Positions 9,123 to 17,035 of a stretch of DNA of 64,000 bases are shown here, piece after piece. The DNA is from an uncultured Alphaproteobacteria bacterium (lineage in GTDB: Bacteria > Pseudomonadota > Alphaproteobacteria > RF32 > CAG-239), in assembly GCA_944393225.1 (NCBI GenBank), contig CALXZK010000003.1, positions 7,853 through 71,852 of the forward strand, read 5' to 3'. Each line of letters opens with the position of its first letter. Position 1 is the stretch's first letter. The notes beneath the pieces were generated by a model. It saw only the letters and a list, made by a program, of their open reading frames with translations, had not been told where the DNA came from and did no database searches. Both the position numbers and the translations under genes were made by a program.

Positions 9123-9157
9123 AAGACTTTTTCTAATTTTGGAAGAAGTCTTTTTTT
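9123..9157 (+). terminator. Rho-independent terminator after the invertase gene
   Basis: AAGACTTTTTCT / GGAAGAAGTCTT forms a 12-bp stem (two G-U pairs) with a 6-nt loop, followed by TTTTT. Confidence 0.65.
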
Positions 9158-9392
9158 GTAAATTGTTTTTCTTATAAAAATTTTAAGAAATAATTATATC
9201 AATTGACTTTATGCAATTATTTTTTTGAATTTGATGCTGAAACTCACTTTTGTTCGTTTCATCATAAACTTCACAATCTGAAGATTGCTCGTTTTTTTTC
9301 TTTGTTTTTGTTGTTTTTTTGGGGTAAAAAATTAAATAAAAAATTTTAAATAATCAATTTTAGATAATTTTTTATAATTAATTTATTTAATG

Positions 9393-9464
9393 TATCCAAG
9401 TTAGATTTGCTCTTTTTACCCTAAAACAAGGGTAAAAAAATATAGCATCCAAGTTGAGTTTGCT
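9393..9464 (+). repeat. Direct repeat - perfect hairpin - direct repeat module
   Basis: tATCCAAGTTagaTTTGCT (9393-9411) and cATCCAAGTTgagTTTGCT (9446-9464) match at 15/19 positions. They flank TTTTTACCCT-aaaaca-AGGGTAAAAA (9413-9438), a perfect 10-bp stem. GGGTAAAAAA also occurs at about 9321-9330. Confidence 0.6.
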
Positions 9465-9921
9465 TTCTATTTAGGGTATATCATTTCTGAAATCCGCATA
9501 CCGCCAATGCGAACCTTCACCCAGCTTTTCCGGTAGGTATACTATGTATCCGAATAGAACCAAATACATAATACTGAGGTTGTTAATGAGCACAAACAGA
9601 GCCTCGATTTCTAACTGACATCATCAGCCGTGTCCTATTTGTTTGTCGCCGACCGTCTTTGGAGGAGTTACTTTGCGACACTTACACCAATGGGTAAGAA
9701 TTTCATAGGTTTTCAGTTGGTTCCCTGCTTGAGGGTGCTTCATTTAAGCCTGTTTCCCCGTTTTAATAATATGATAAGGCTATCATAATTGGTATGTCTA
9801 TTAATATTTATTAAGATACCATAGTCATTATTCATTTTGCAAAAATAAAAACGTAAAAAGTTTTGTTTTTTTCAAAAAAAATTTAGCAAAACTAGGATAA
9901 AAAGGGCCGTATTGTATCAAC

Positions 9922-10578
9922 TCATTGTTTTGGTTTTGAATTTGAGATACAATTTTCAACAATTCTTCTAGCTAGTTTTGTAGCATTCCAGCCTGAACTA
10001 TTAAATCCAAATGTAGACCTTATCCCCTTTGGTGAGTCTAACATTGTGATTATTGCATATTTTTTGTTGTTATATATGAAGTGCCCCATAAAGGTTGTTA
10101 TTACCTCTTTAGAATTATCTGTTTTATAGTCAGTGGCTGTCAAACCATAGACTTTAATACCTTTTATGTTAGTTTGACGAGCCGTGCCTTTTGTCACATT
10201 TTCTCTTAGTTTTTTTAATTTATTTTTATCAGCGTGTTTTATAAAATGACCATAGTCTTGAATAAATTGTGCCGTTGTCTCAGGTTGTTGCTTGTTAAAC
10301 AATTTCATTAAGTTATTGGCTTTATAAGCATAATCACGGTTATAATCAAAGTCACCTAAACTACTTATAGATGTAGAGTTTAACACTTCATTATTTTGAA
10401 GATTTATCAAGACGAAAGCCCCTCCTTTTGCCTTAAATCTGTCTATTTCTTGTACTAATATATTATAATTACTTTCGCAAACAGATATGGCTGTGTTACA
10501 ATGGTTTGCAACAGATAATGTATTTGATATGCATCCCGTCAGAAGTAATAAAATTACCAAAAAAGTTGATTTTTTCAT
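9922..10578 (-). CDS. Lipoprotein resembling an internally deleted, catalytically dead penicillin-binding-protein transpeptidase domain
   Basis: Signal peptide plus lipobox: MKKSTFLVILLLLTGC. KAKGGAFVLINLQNNEVLNSTS resembles the start of PBP2/3 transpeptidase domains (compare E. coli FtsI AKSGSAVVLVDVNTGEVLAMAN). IKGIKVYGLTATDYK...YAIITMLDSPKG...WNATKLARRIVE resembles the KTG-strand-to-C-terminus region, but KTG reads LTA. There is no SxxK or SxN segment. Confidence 0.45.
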   Translation of the reverse strand: MKKSTFLVILLLLTGCISNTLSVANHCNTAISVCESNYNILVQEIDRFKAKGGAFVLINLQNNEVLNSTSISSLGDFDYNRDYAYKANNLMKLFNKQQPETTAQFIQDYGHFIKHADKNKLKKLRENVTKGTARQTNIKGIKVYGLTATDYKTDNSKEVITTFMGHFIYNNKKYAIITMLDSPKGIRSTFGFNSSGWNATKLARRIVENCISNSKPKQ

Positions 10579-10580
10579 AT

Positions 10581-11624
10581 TTAATCCTTTCTTATGAAGT
10601 TTTTTTGTAATGTGAGATAGGCAGCCTTACACCAATTTTTATAAAAATAAGTGGGATTTTTACGAGTTCTGTTACCCTTCAATTCTTTTTGAATATCATA
10701 AAACAGCTCAGTGCGAACCATTAGCAAGTTTCCAGCACCCATTCCAATTTTTCTCCATTCTTCATGGTATGTCTTAGAAATCCTAGTTTTTTTAGGGTAT
10801 ATATACATAATCGGAGGAAAGATGTTTTTTACAGCTTCAAACATTTTACTATCTGAAAGCTCTACAAAATATAATTTAATTTCCCTATTATCTAAGACAA
10901 ATAAACGGGCAGTTCCGGCATACCCCATTCCCCCCATAGAGGTTATGCCAACAATCATTATATTATTAGGATTAATTTGCTTTATTGATAATAAGTTGAG
11001 TTTTTTGAACGTATATCCAAGTTCATCTATTTGCTCAGGATATGAAAATATATGTAGCTTTTCTGCTTTTTTATTTGCAAAAAATGCCAATTCATACCCC
11101 ATAACACATAATTTTAACAGAATATTTGGTAGTTTTTTTCTAAAGTTAATATTTAGGTGAAAGCCCAACCATTCTCTTTCATCTAAATCAGTTTGTTTAA
11201 AAATAATTTTTAAGGAGTATATCTTACAGAGATTGAACTCAGTTATCCAATCAAATTCCGGGGTTGATAAAACTTCATCTTGTGGGTCATCATTTATTAT
11301 TTCAACGGCTCCGCTGTCTATATGAAATTGAATATAGTCATCAACAACACAGTAATTTTCATTTACGGAAATTACTTTATGAAATCCTACTCCTAGTTTT
11401 ATTCCTAAAAAGCATAAGCTCAAACGATTGTGCTGTAAATCAAGTTGAAAAAACTCTCTTATGGAGGGGAACCATTCAAAAAAACATTGAATGTAATAGT
11501 TTTTTGCAAGAAAAACTATTATTTCAACATTTAAGCACTTTTTATCTCTACAAAAATAAAGATTAATTACCTTTTTGATAAGGTGGAGCCTAATGGATTC
11601 ATTATCTTTGTTTATCATTCTCAT
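10581..11624 (-). CDS. Hypothetical cytoplasmic protein (347 aa), no domain recognised
   Basis: This is a long ORF in an AT-rich region. It lies 2 nt upstream of the lipoprotein gene, suggesting an operon. There is no signal peptide or TM segment and no motif I can name. Confidence 0.6.
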   Translation of the reverse strand: MRMINKDNESIRLHLIKKVINLYFCRDKKCLNVEIIVFLAKNYYIQCFFEWFPSIREFFQLDLQHNRLSLCFLGIKLGVGFHKVISVNENYCVVDDYIQFHIDSGAVEIINDDPQDEVLSTPEFDWITEFNLCKIYSLKIIFKQTDLDEREWLGFHLNINFRKKLPNILLKLCVMGYELAFFANKKAEKLHIFSYPEQIDELGYTFKKLNLLSIKQINPNNIMIVGITSMGGMGYAGTARLFVLDNREIKLYFVELSDSKMFEAVKNIFPPIMYIYPKKTRISKTYHEEWRKIGMGAGNLLMVRTELFYDIQKELKGNRTRKNPTYFYKNWCKAAYLTLQKNFIRKD

Positions 11625-11705
11625 AAAATTTTATATTAAAAATATAGCCCTAATAAAAAGTCTCCATGGTTTATCGTCACTTAGAATAAAAGTCAAAGGA
11701 TAATT

Positions 11706-11969
11706 TCACTTCATTTTCTTTGATAATTTTTCTTGAATGATATGATATAATTTGATTTGAATATCCGGCATAATATTTAGGATTGTTAGTTTATAGAGTA
11801 GAAATGACAATACTCTGATGCTTGGCTCTTTATTTAAGTATGTAATCGATGAGAGATAATTTTTGCATTTGTTTAAAAATAGTGAGCTAAATTCTCGATT
11901 ACTTTTTAATAGCTTCTGTTGTTTCAGTGAATTTGAGATTTGATATAGTAATTTGATGTGCTTATTCAT
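11706..11969 (-). CDS. Small hypothetical protein, possibly HTH (XRE-like)
   Basis: SNREFSSLFLNKCKNYLSSITYLNKEPSIRVLSFLL loosely fits the helix-turn-helix spacing of Cro/C1-type domains. The evidence is weak. Confidence 0.35.
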   Translation of the reverse strand: MNKHIKLLYQISNSLKQQKLLKSNREFSSLFLNKCKNYLSSITYLNKEPSIRVLSFLLYKLTILNIMPDIQIKLYHIIQEKLSKKMK

Positions 11970-12106
11970 ATCATTCCTTAAATGTCTTGCTCAAATATTT
12001 ATCAGAATCTATCTAAACTAAGAATAAAAAAATAGGCTTTACAAGGTAAACGGATGGATAAAAAAACTAAAATTTGTAGTATTTTTGTAGTATTTTGGCA
12101 AAATTA

Positions 12107-12135
12107 AAAGGCTTTCAAAATCTTTGAAAGCCTTT
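12107..12135 (-). terminator. Terminator hairpin downstream of tRNA-Lys
   Basis: AAAGGCTTTCAAA-atc-TTTGAAAGCCTTT forms a perfect 13-bp stem. It starts 8 nt after the tRNA 3' end on the minus strand and is followed by a T-rich run. Confidence 0.65.
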
Positions 12136-12143
12136 ATTTTCAA

Positions 12144-12219
12144 TGGTAGGCGCGTGGGGGTTCGAACCCCAGACCCACTGATTAAGAGTCAGTTGCTCTA
12201 CCAACTGAGCTACGCACCC
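12144..12219 (-). tRNA. tRNA-Lys (anticodon CUU), CCA encoded
   Basis: The reverse complement reads GGGTGCG-TA-GCTCAGTTGGTAGAGC-A-ACTGA-CTCTTAA-TCAGT-GGGTC-TGGGGTTCGAACCCCCA-CGCGCCT-A-CCA. All four arms fold, and the anticodon loop is CT-CTT-AA. Confidence 0.92.
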
Positions 12220-12357
12220 ATAAACAATGGCTGAAATATACCCCTATTATTTTTTTTTGCAACTATTTTTTTTGGCTTTTTTATTATATTTATTTTTTAA
12301 CCCCATTTTAAGAGTATTGACTTATATTTTTTATAGTTCTTGTTACGAAAGGATAAA

Positions 12358-12813
12358 ATGATGAAAATAGCTTCTTGTTCTGCTTTGGCTCTTGTTGCCA
12401 TAACCTTATTTTCCGCTTCTGCTCAAGCTCAATCTTTGGCTAACACAAATACGACTTATGACCAATGTTTGGAAGCAGCTGAAGGAAATAATATCAAAAT
12501 GACAACCTGTACCGTTAATGAAACCGCTCGTATTGTAAAGATTTTGGAAGGTAAATATGAGCAAATGGCAAATTCTGAACAATTCAAAGATTGGAATCGC
12601 GGTGCTGGAATGTTTAACGGTAACTTCAAAGACTTATATTCTGCATGGTTACAATATCGTGATAAATATTGCTCTTTGTATGGTTACTCCATGTCTTCTG
12701 ATGCAGATGTTGGCAATATTGCCCAATTGACCGGTGCTGAATGCATCTTGGAATTAACCAAACGTCAAAACAAAGATATGGATGTTATTTTGCAAAACAT
12801 TTCTAGATATTAG
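12358..12813 (+). CDS. Secreted DUF1311 / LprI-like (lysozyme-inhibitor family) protein
   Basis: Signal peptide MMKIASCSALALVAITLFSASAQA. The Cys-rich helical pattern YDQCLEAAEG...TTCT...YRDKYCSLYG...ECILELTKRQ is typical of DUF1311. The ATG at 12358 has an AAGGA Shine-Dalgarno. Confidence 0.6.
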   Translation: MMKIASCSALALVAITLFSASAQAQSLANTNTTYDQCLEAAEGNNIKMTTCTVNETARIVKILEGKYEQMANSEQFKDWNRGAGMFNGNFKDLYSAWLQYRDKYCSLYGYSMSSDADVGNIAQLTGAECILELTKRQNKDMDVILQNISRY

Positions 12814-14209
12814 TTTTTATTTCTAAATAAAAATTACTACCTTTACCAACTTTTGATAAAACGCCAACTTCTGCACCCAGAATGTTGGCTGTTTTTTGCG
12901 CAATTGCCAAACCTAATCCTGAACCTTTATGGCGATTATCCGGAACATTTGGACTTTGATAATAAGGATTAAAAATCAGAGAAAGTTCTTTTTCATCAAT
13001 CCCCATACCATTATCTAAAACCATTATTCTGAGTTTGTCTTGTTTTCTTAAACACCCTATCAATATTTTGCTGCGAGCATACTTCAGGGCATTACTGATA
13101 AAGTTTCTTAAAATTCTTTCAATCAAAAACTCATCGCTATTGAGTCTTTGATGGCAATTGACGATTTTCAAAGTCGTTTTGTGATCTCTTAATTTGAAGC
13201 TTATTTCTTTTTGAATTCTCATTACGACATCATACAAATTAAATTCTTTAGAAACAACACTCACACCTCTGGCATCTAAATTTGAAACATCCAATAAATT
13301 GTTCAACAAATGGCGCAAAGCTTGAGCTGAATCATAAATTCGTTCTACCAAAAACTGTTGCTTCCCGGTTAGATTTGCGTTCAATAAATTATTGATAAAC
13401 AATCCCATAGCAGATACAGGTTGCTGCAAATCGTGGCTTGCTTGAGCCAAAAAGTATGATTTTTCCAGATTCAAACGCTCAGCAGACTCTTTTGCGGCAA
13501 CCAAGGCATGTTGAATTTCCAAAAGTTCGGTTAAATCTTGGAAGGTGCCGATAATTTTACGATTGTACTTATCATAATTGATATAATCAGCCATATATCG
13601 GCAATATATTATATTGCCATTGGGTCTTATAATTCTGACAACGCCTTCTTCCGGTTTTCCCGTCCGCATAATTTTGCGCAGATTGTCTTTATAACGGGGC
13701 AAATCTTCTTTATGCATTTGTTCTCGAATAATGTTTTTCTTTAAGGATATTTCATTATCATCTATGCCAAAAATTCTAAACATTTCAGATGACCAAGAAA
13801 TTTCTTTGGCAACTAAATCAAGCTCCCAATATCCGATTTTAGCTATTTTTGAAGCAAAAGTCAGTCTTTGCATCATTTCCGATAAGGTATGTCGCAAGTT
13901 TTGACTTTCGGTAATATCTTGCATGCTGATAGCAACTTCATCCTGCACCGGAAAGATTTTTACACCATAATATTTTGAACGGAAAGCTAATGAAAATTGT
14001 TGCTGTTTTTGATTTTTGATGCACTCAGCTATATGAAACATCAGCGCTTTGCTATGTTGCTCCTCAAAAATATCGACAATATTCATACCTTCTTTATCCG
14101 GACCAAATGTTTTTTTAGCGCAATCATTTCCATGAGAAACCACTCCGTTATGGTCTGCCATAAAGAGAACATCTGTTGAAATATCACTTAAAATCTTTTC
14201 GTATTGCAT
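12803..14209 (-). CDS. Cytoplasmic PAS-PAS sensor histidine kinase (orphan; no response regulator nearby)
   Basis: H-box FLAQASHDLQQPVSAM, N-box FISNALKYA, G-boxes VLDNGMGI and GSGLGLAIA. Two PAS-like segments lie upstream, and there are no TM helices. Confidence 0.85.
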   Translation of the reverse strand: MQYEKILSDISTDVLFMADHNGVVSHGNDCAKKTFGPDKEGMNIVDIFEEQHSKALMFHIAECIKNQKQQQFSLAFRSKYYGVKIFPVQDEVAISMQDITESQNLRHTLSEMMQRLTFASKIAKIGYWELDLVAKEISWSSEMFRIFGIDDNEISLKKNIIREQMHKEDLPRYKDNLRKIMRTGKPEEGVVRIIRPNGNIIYCRYMADYINYDKYNRKIIGTFQDLTELLEIQHALVAAKESAERLNLEKSYFLAQASHDLQQPVSAMGLFINNLLNANLTGKQQFLVERIYDSAQALRHLLNNLLDVSNLDARGVSVVSKEFNLYDVVMRIQKEISFKLRDHKTTLKIVNCHQRLNSDEFLIERILRNFISNALKYARSKILIGCLRKQDKLRIMVLDNGMGIDEKELSLIFNPYYQSPNVPDNRHKGSGLGLAIAQKTANILGAEVGVLSKVGKGSNFYLEIKTNI

Positions 14210-14211
14210 TG

Positions 14212-15174
14212 TTAACTTATCTTAAACTCGGTTAAGTATTTTCCTAAATTCTTATCAACCTTGAAAGCCCATCCTTCATACAAGAATAGACTATCTTTCA
14301 TATAATCACTTGCAAGCTTGGTTGGTAACTTGGTGATAGATAAATCTACTTTTATCCAATATTCTTCTTCTATTTGAAAAACTTCAATGCCGTAAATGAG
14401 CCCGGAATAAGGGAAAAGAACTATAATTTTTTGCGGTTTCAGGCTATCTAACGGCGTATTTTGAATTTTTTTTACATCTTTATAGGTGAAAAGCACAAAT
14501 TTGTCCAGCAAAGGAATCACATTTACCGGCTGTTGTTTTAAATTCAAAAACTGCGATTTTTCTGCCAAACGATATGCCAATTGTTGTCCTGTAGATGATT
14601 GAATGAGTAAACTCTCAACATTTTCCGGCAACAAACTGATTAAAGGTTGTTGTAACCAATAATTCATGCTATCAGGCAAGTCAAAGCTACCGGATATAAG
14701 GTAAATTTGTTCGGAACCGCTGCGCGAAGCATACCAAAAATTATTTTTCTTTTTGCCGATGATAATTGAATCTAACAATTCACCTTTTTGATTGTATGTT
14801 TGAATCTGCGTTCCCGAAGCATTATGTCCCTGCTCTACACCGGCTTCTTTTGCGGTGATATTCATGGGCAAAGCTTCAATTTTGGTTTGATTTATATCTT
14901 GAAATAATTTGTTTATGGTTATCAAATCAGCATAATAACCATCGGCTTCCTGAATATGCCAAAATTTATTTTCATAATATAAGCTTACCTGAAGATCAGA
15001 TTTTTTAACAACGATTTTGGTAATATCCGTTCCTTGTTTGTTGGTTTCTTCAAACAAAAAATTGCCGACCGGATTTTCTTCCATATACACATTTTGGCTT
15101 TGCAGCAAAAGATAAGCTGCTGCAACCGAAATACATGTTATTAATAAACTTATGATAAGTATTTTTTTATTCAT
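14212..15174 (-). CDS. DUF4340-like membrane-anchored protein (last gene of the GldA/F/G-like ABC cluster)
   Basis: Single N-terminal TM helix. It lies directly after the GldG-like gene with an 8-nt overlap, the usual position of DUF4340 proteins. Confidence 0.45.
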   Translation of the reverse strand: MNKKILIISLLITCISVAAAYLLLQSQNVYMEENPVGNFLFEETNKQGTDITKIVVKKSDLQVSLYYENKFWHIQEADGYYADLITINKLFQDINQTKIEALPMNITAKEAGVEQGHNASGTQIQTYNQKGELLDSIIIGKKKNNFWYASRSGSEQIYLISGSFDLPDSMNYWLQQPLISLLPENVESLLIQSSTGQQLAYRLAEKSQFLNLKQQPVNVIPLLDKFVLFTYKDVKKIQNTPLDSLKPQKIIVLFPYSGLIYGIEVFQIEEEYWIKVDLSITKLPTKLASDYMKDSLFLYEGWAFKVDKNLGKYLTEFKIS

Positions 15175-17023
15175 TTATAATCCTTATATATTTTTGTTTT
15201 CGATTGCGGATAAATATTTTTACCCCCAAATATGCCAAAATCAGCAATACCACCGGAATAAATATTGTATTTGCCAAAATTATTTTGTTAACGGTATCTC
15301 CGCTCTTTTGTTGTATTTTGTAGTTCAGAGATTTTAGGTCTTCAATGATTTTTTGTTGTCTGCGATTGTATTCGTCCAACTCTTGAATTTTCATTAAAGA
15401 CATTCCGGTTTCTCTTGTGTGCAATTTTTGCTGAAAAGAAGATAAATCTTTTTTCAGTTGCTCTACTTCTTGTTCTTTAGTCTTATATTCGTCTGCAAAA
15501 GAAGCAAAGGCCTGAGCATAAATTTGTTCAGCAATATTCTTATCGTCATTTATCAAATAATTGATTCTTATTTTGGATAACGTATTGTTTCCGCTCATAT
15601 AATCTATTGCACTCAAAATGAAGTCAGCATTGTTATTTGCCGGTATTTGGTCGTAGACACAAGCTTCTTTTTTATATCCGGTCAAATTCCAACTATCATC
15701 AGCAATAAAATCGCTATCGGCAATGACCAAAATTTTAGAAGGTTTTAGACTGCTCGGAAGGTATGGAGGAAACTCTTTATCCAACTTTGTTCCTTCGACT
15801 ATACTCTTTTCAAACAAAGAGGGAAAACTTCCTTCTATCCAATATGCCAGATTGAATTTTTTGTGCTCATTCGGGACGGCATTATTTATTGCTTCTAAAT
15901 TGCTGTATTTAACTACATCGGCATTTATCAATCCTGCTTGTTCGCTTGTTGAAAATAAAGGAATATATGAGGTTTCTTTTTGAGGTGTTACCTCCAATGA
16001 ACCGGCGGAACGGAACAACAAACTTAACCATTTTTCCCCCATAGCAGAAGGCATATTCATTTCTTTTGCTGTCAGCTTCAGATATGTGGGGTTGTTTTCT
16101 TCACTTATGGCAGTTTGATAACTGATGCCGCTCAATGTCTTATCAGCAACCACATTTTGCGTATCCATCGTCAATCCCCATTGTTTTAGATGCGGTAACA
16201 TTGTTATGAGGTTCTTTTTGGTATAAGGATACTTTTGAGCAACATTTTCAGCGTAAGGGTCAATAAACAGAATCAGATTTCCGCCGCGCATTATGAATTG
16301 ATCAAGCGCGTAAACAAAATTAGCTTCTACTTGTTGCGGATTATAAACCATTAAGGTGTTTATGTTTTGCGGAATGATTGGCATTTTATTATTCAAAAAG
16401 ACAACTTTATAATCTTCTTCCAATTTTTTAAATATTTGCCAATCAGAAATGTTTCCGGCAAAAGAAATAACACCGATATTCTTTTTTTGTTCGCCGTTTA
16501 ATTTGGCTAAAATTCGACTAATGTCATATTCGGCATAGTTTTGTCTCTGCAAAGAAAAATAAGGAATTATAAAACGTTTTCCCTCTCCGCTTGAAAAAAC
16601 TGCGCCGAAATACATGTTTCTGGTATTTTCAGAATCGGGAAAAGGACGAATATTTATGCTTTTTGCCTCATATTCTGCCGGGGTGTATGGCTCAGGATTT
16701 TTCAAATTAACCGTAATTTTGCCATTTGATAATGATTGAAATTTATCAAGCATGCGCATTACGTTTTGGCGGTGCAAATCCAACTCCGGATATTCAGTAT
16801 CTAAATCATTTGAAGCATAAACAGTTATATTTATTGGTTGTTTTATATTTTGAGCAATTTCTTGAGAAACAGAATCTAATCCGTATCTTTGTAAAGAAGT
16901 AACATCCATTTTTTTGTTACCAAACAGCAATGCTGCACAGCTCATAATTGCCAAAAAGATAATACCGGACATAAGGATTAATGCCGATAATGATAAAAAT
17001 TTTATATATTTCTTTTTATCCAT
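15167..17023 (-). CDS. GldG-like auxiliary component of an ABC-type exporter
   Basis: N- and C-terminal TM helices flank a large periplasmic domain. INITVYASNDLDTEYPELDLHRQNVMRMLDKF...ITVNLKNPEP matches the GldG/ABC_transp_aux pattern. Confidence 0.6.
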   Translation of the reverse strand: MDKKKYIKFLSLSALILMSGIIFLAIMSCAALLFGNKKMDVTSLQRYGLDSVSQEIAQNIKQPINITVYASNDLDTEYPELDLHRQNVMRMLDKFQSLSNGKITVNLKNPEPYTPAEYEAKSINIRPFPDSENTRNMYFGAVFSSGEGKRFIIPYFSLQRQNYAEYDISRILAKLNGEQKKNIGVISFAGNISDWQIFKKLEEDYKVVFLNNKMPIIPQNINTLMVYNPQQVEANFVYALDQFIMRGGNLILFIDPYAENVAQKYPYTKKNLITMLPHLKQWGLTMDTQNVVADKTLSGISYQTAISEENNPTYLKLTAKEMNMPSAMGEKWLSLLFRSAGSLEVTPQKETSYIPLFSTSEQAGLINADVVKYSNLEAINNAVPNEHKKFNLAYWIEGSFPSLFEKSIVEGTKLDKEFPPYLPSSLKPSKILVIADSDFIADDSWNLTGYKKEACVYDQIPANNNADFILSAIDYMSGNNTLSKIRINYLINDDKNIAEQIYAQAFASFADEYKTKEQEVEQLKKDLSSFQQKLHTRETGMSLMKIQELDEYNRRQQKIIEDLKSLNYKIQQKSGDTVNKIILANTIFIPVVLLILAYLGVKIFIRNRKQKYIRIINE

Positions 17024-17035
17024 CTTATGTCCTTT

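Noticed and set aside
9500-9530. A possible degenerate copy of the tRNA-Lys 3' end (GGTTCGC on the minus strand), considered as the left att boundary of the tRNA-Lys islet
   Set aside because: Only a 6-7-nt core (CGAACC) is shared with the tRNA T-loop region, and the flanks do not align. This is insufficient to call an att site.
9481-9760. Tried to assign the GC-rich non-coding block to a named RNA family: two-piece tmRNA, RNase P, SRP, c-di-GMP/TPP/cobalamin riboswitches, group II intron domain V
   Set aside because: I could not find a convincing T-arm/CCA, tag frame or any family-defining conserved string. The short match CCGGTAGGTA to a GEMM-I segment is isolated. It is kept only as an unassigned candidate in the findings.
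11014-11036. A third copy of the 9393/9446 direct repeat (TATCCAAGTT...ATTTGCTC) inside the 347-aa ORF
   Set aside because: It needs a 3-nt indel to align. The core TATCCAAG also occurs by chance elsewhere (24459-24466, 27169-27176), so this is probably coincidence in AT-rich DNA.
10711-11160. A 149-aa plus-strand ORF antisense to the 347-aa hypothetical gene. The same applies to many similar antisense ORFs in the track, e.g. 3791-4291, 17181-17591, 20807-21301, 24232-24666, 25004-25372, 42926-43288, 47496-47915 and 55554-55916.
   Set aside because: Each is embedded in a much longer opposite-strand ORF that has recognisable family motifs or better length. These are shadow ORFs. The one at 25004-25372 is a typical mirror of hexapeptide-repeat coding sequence.
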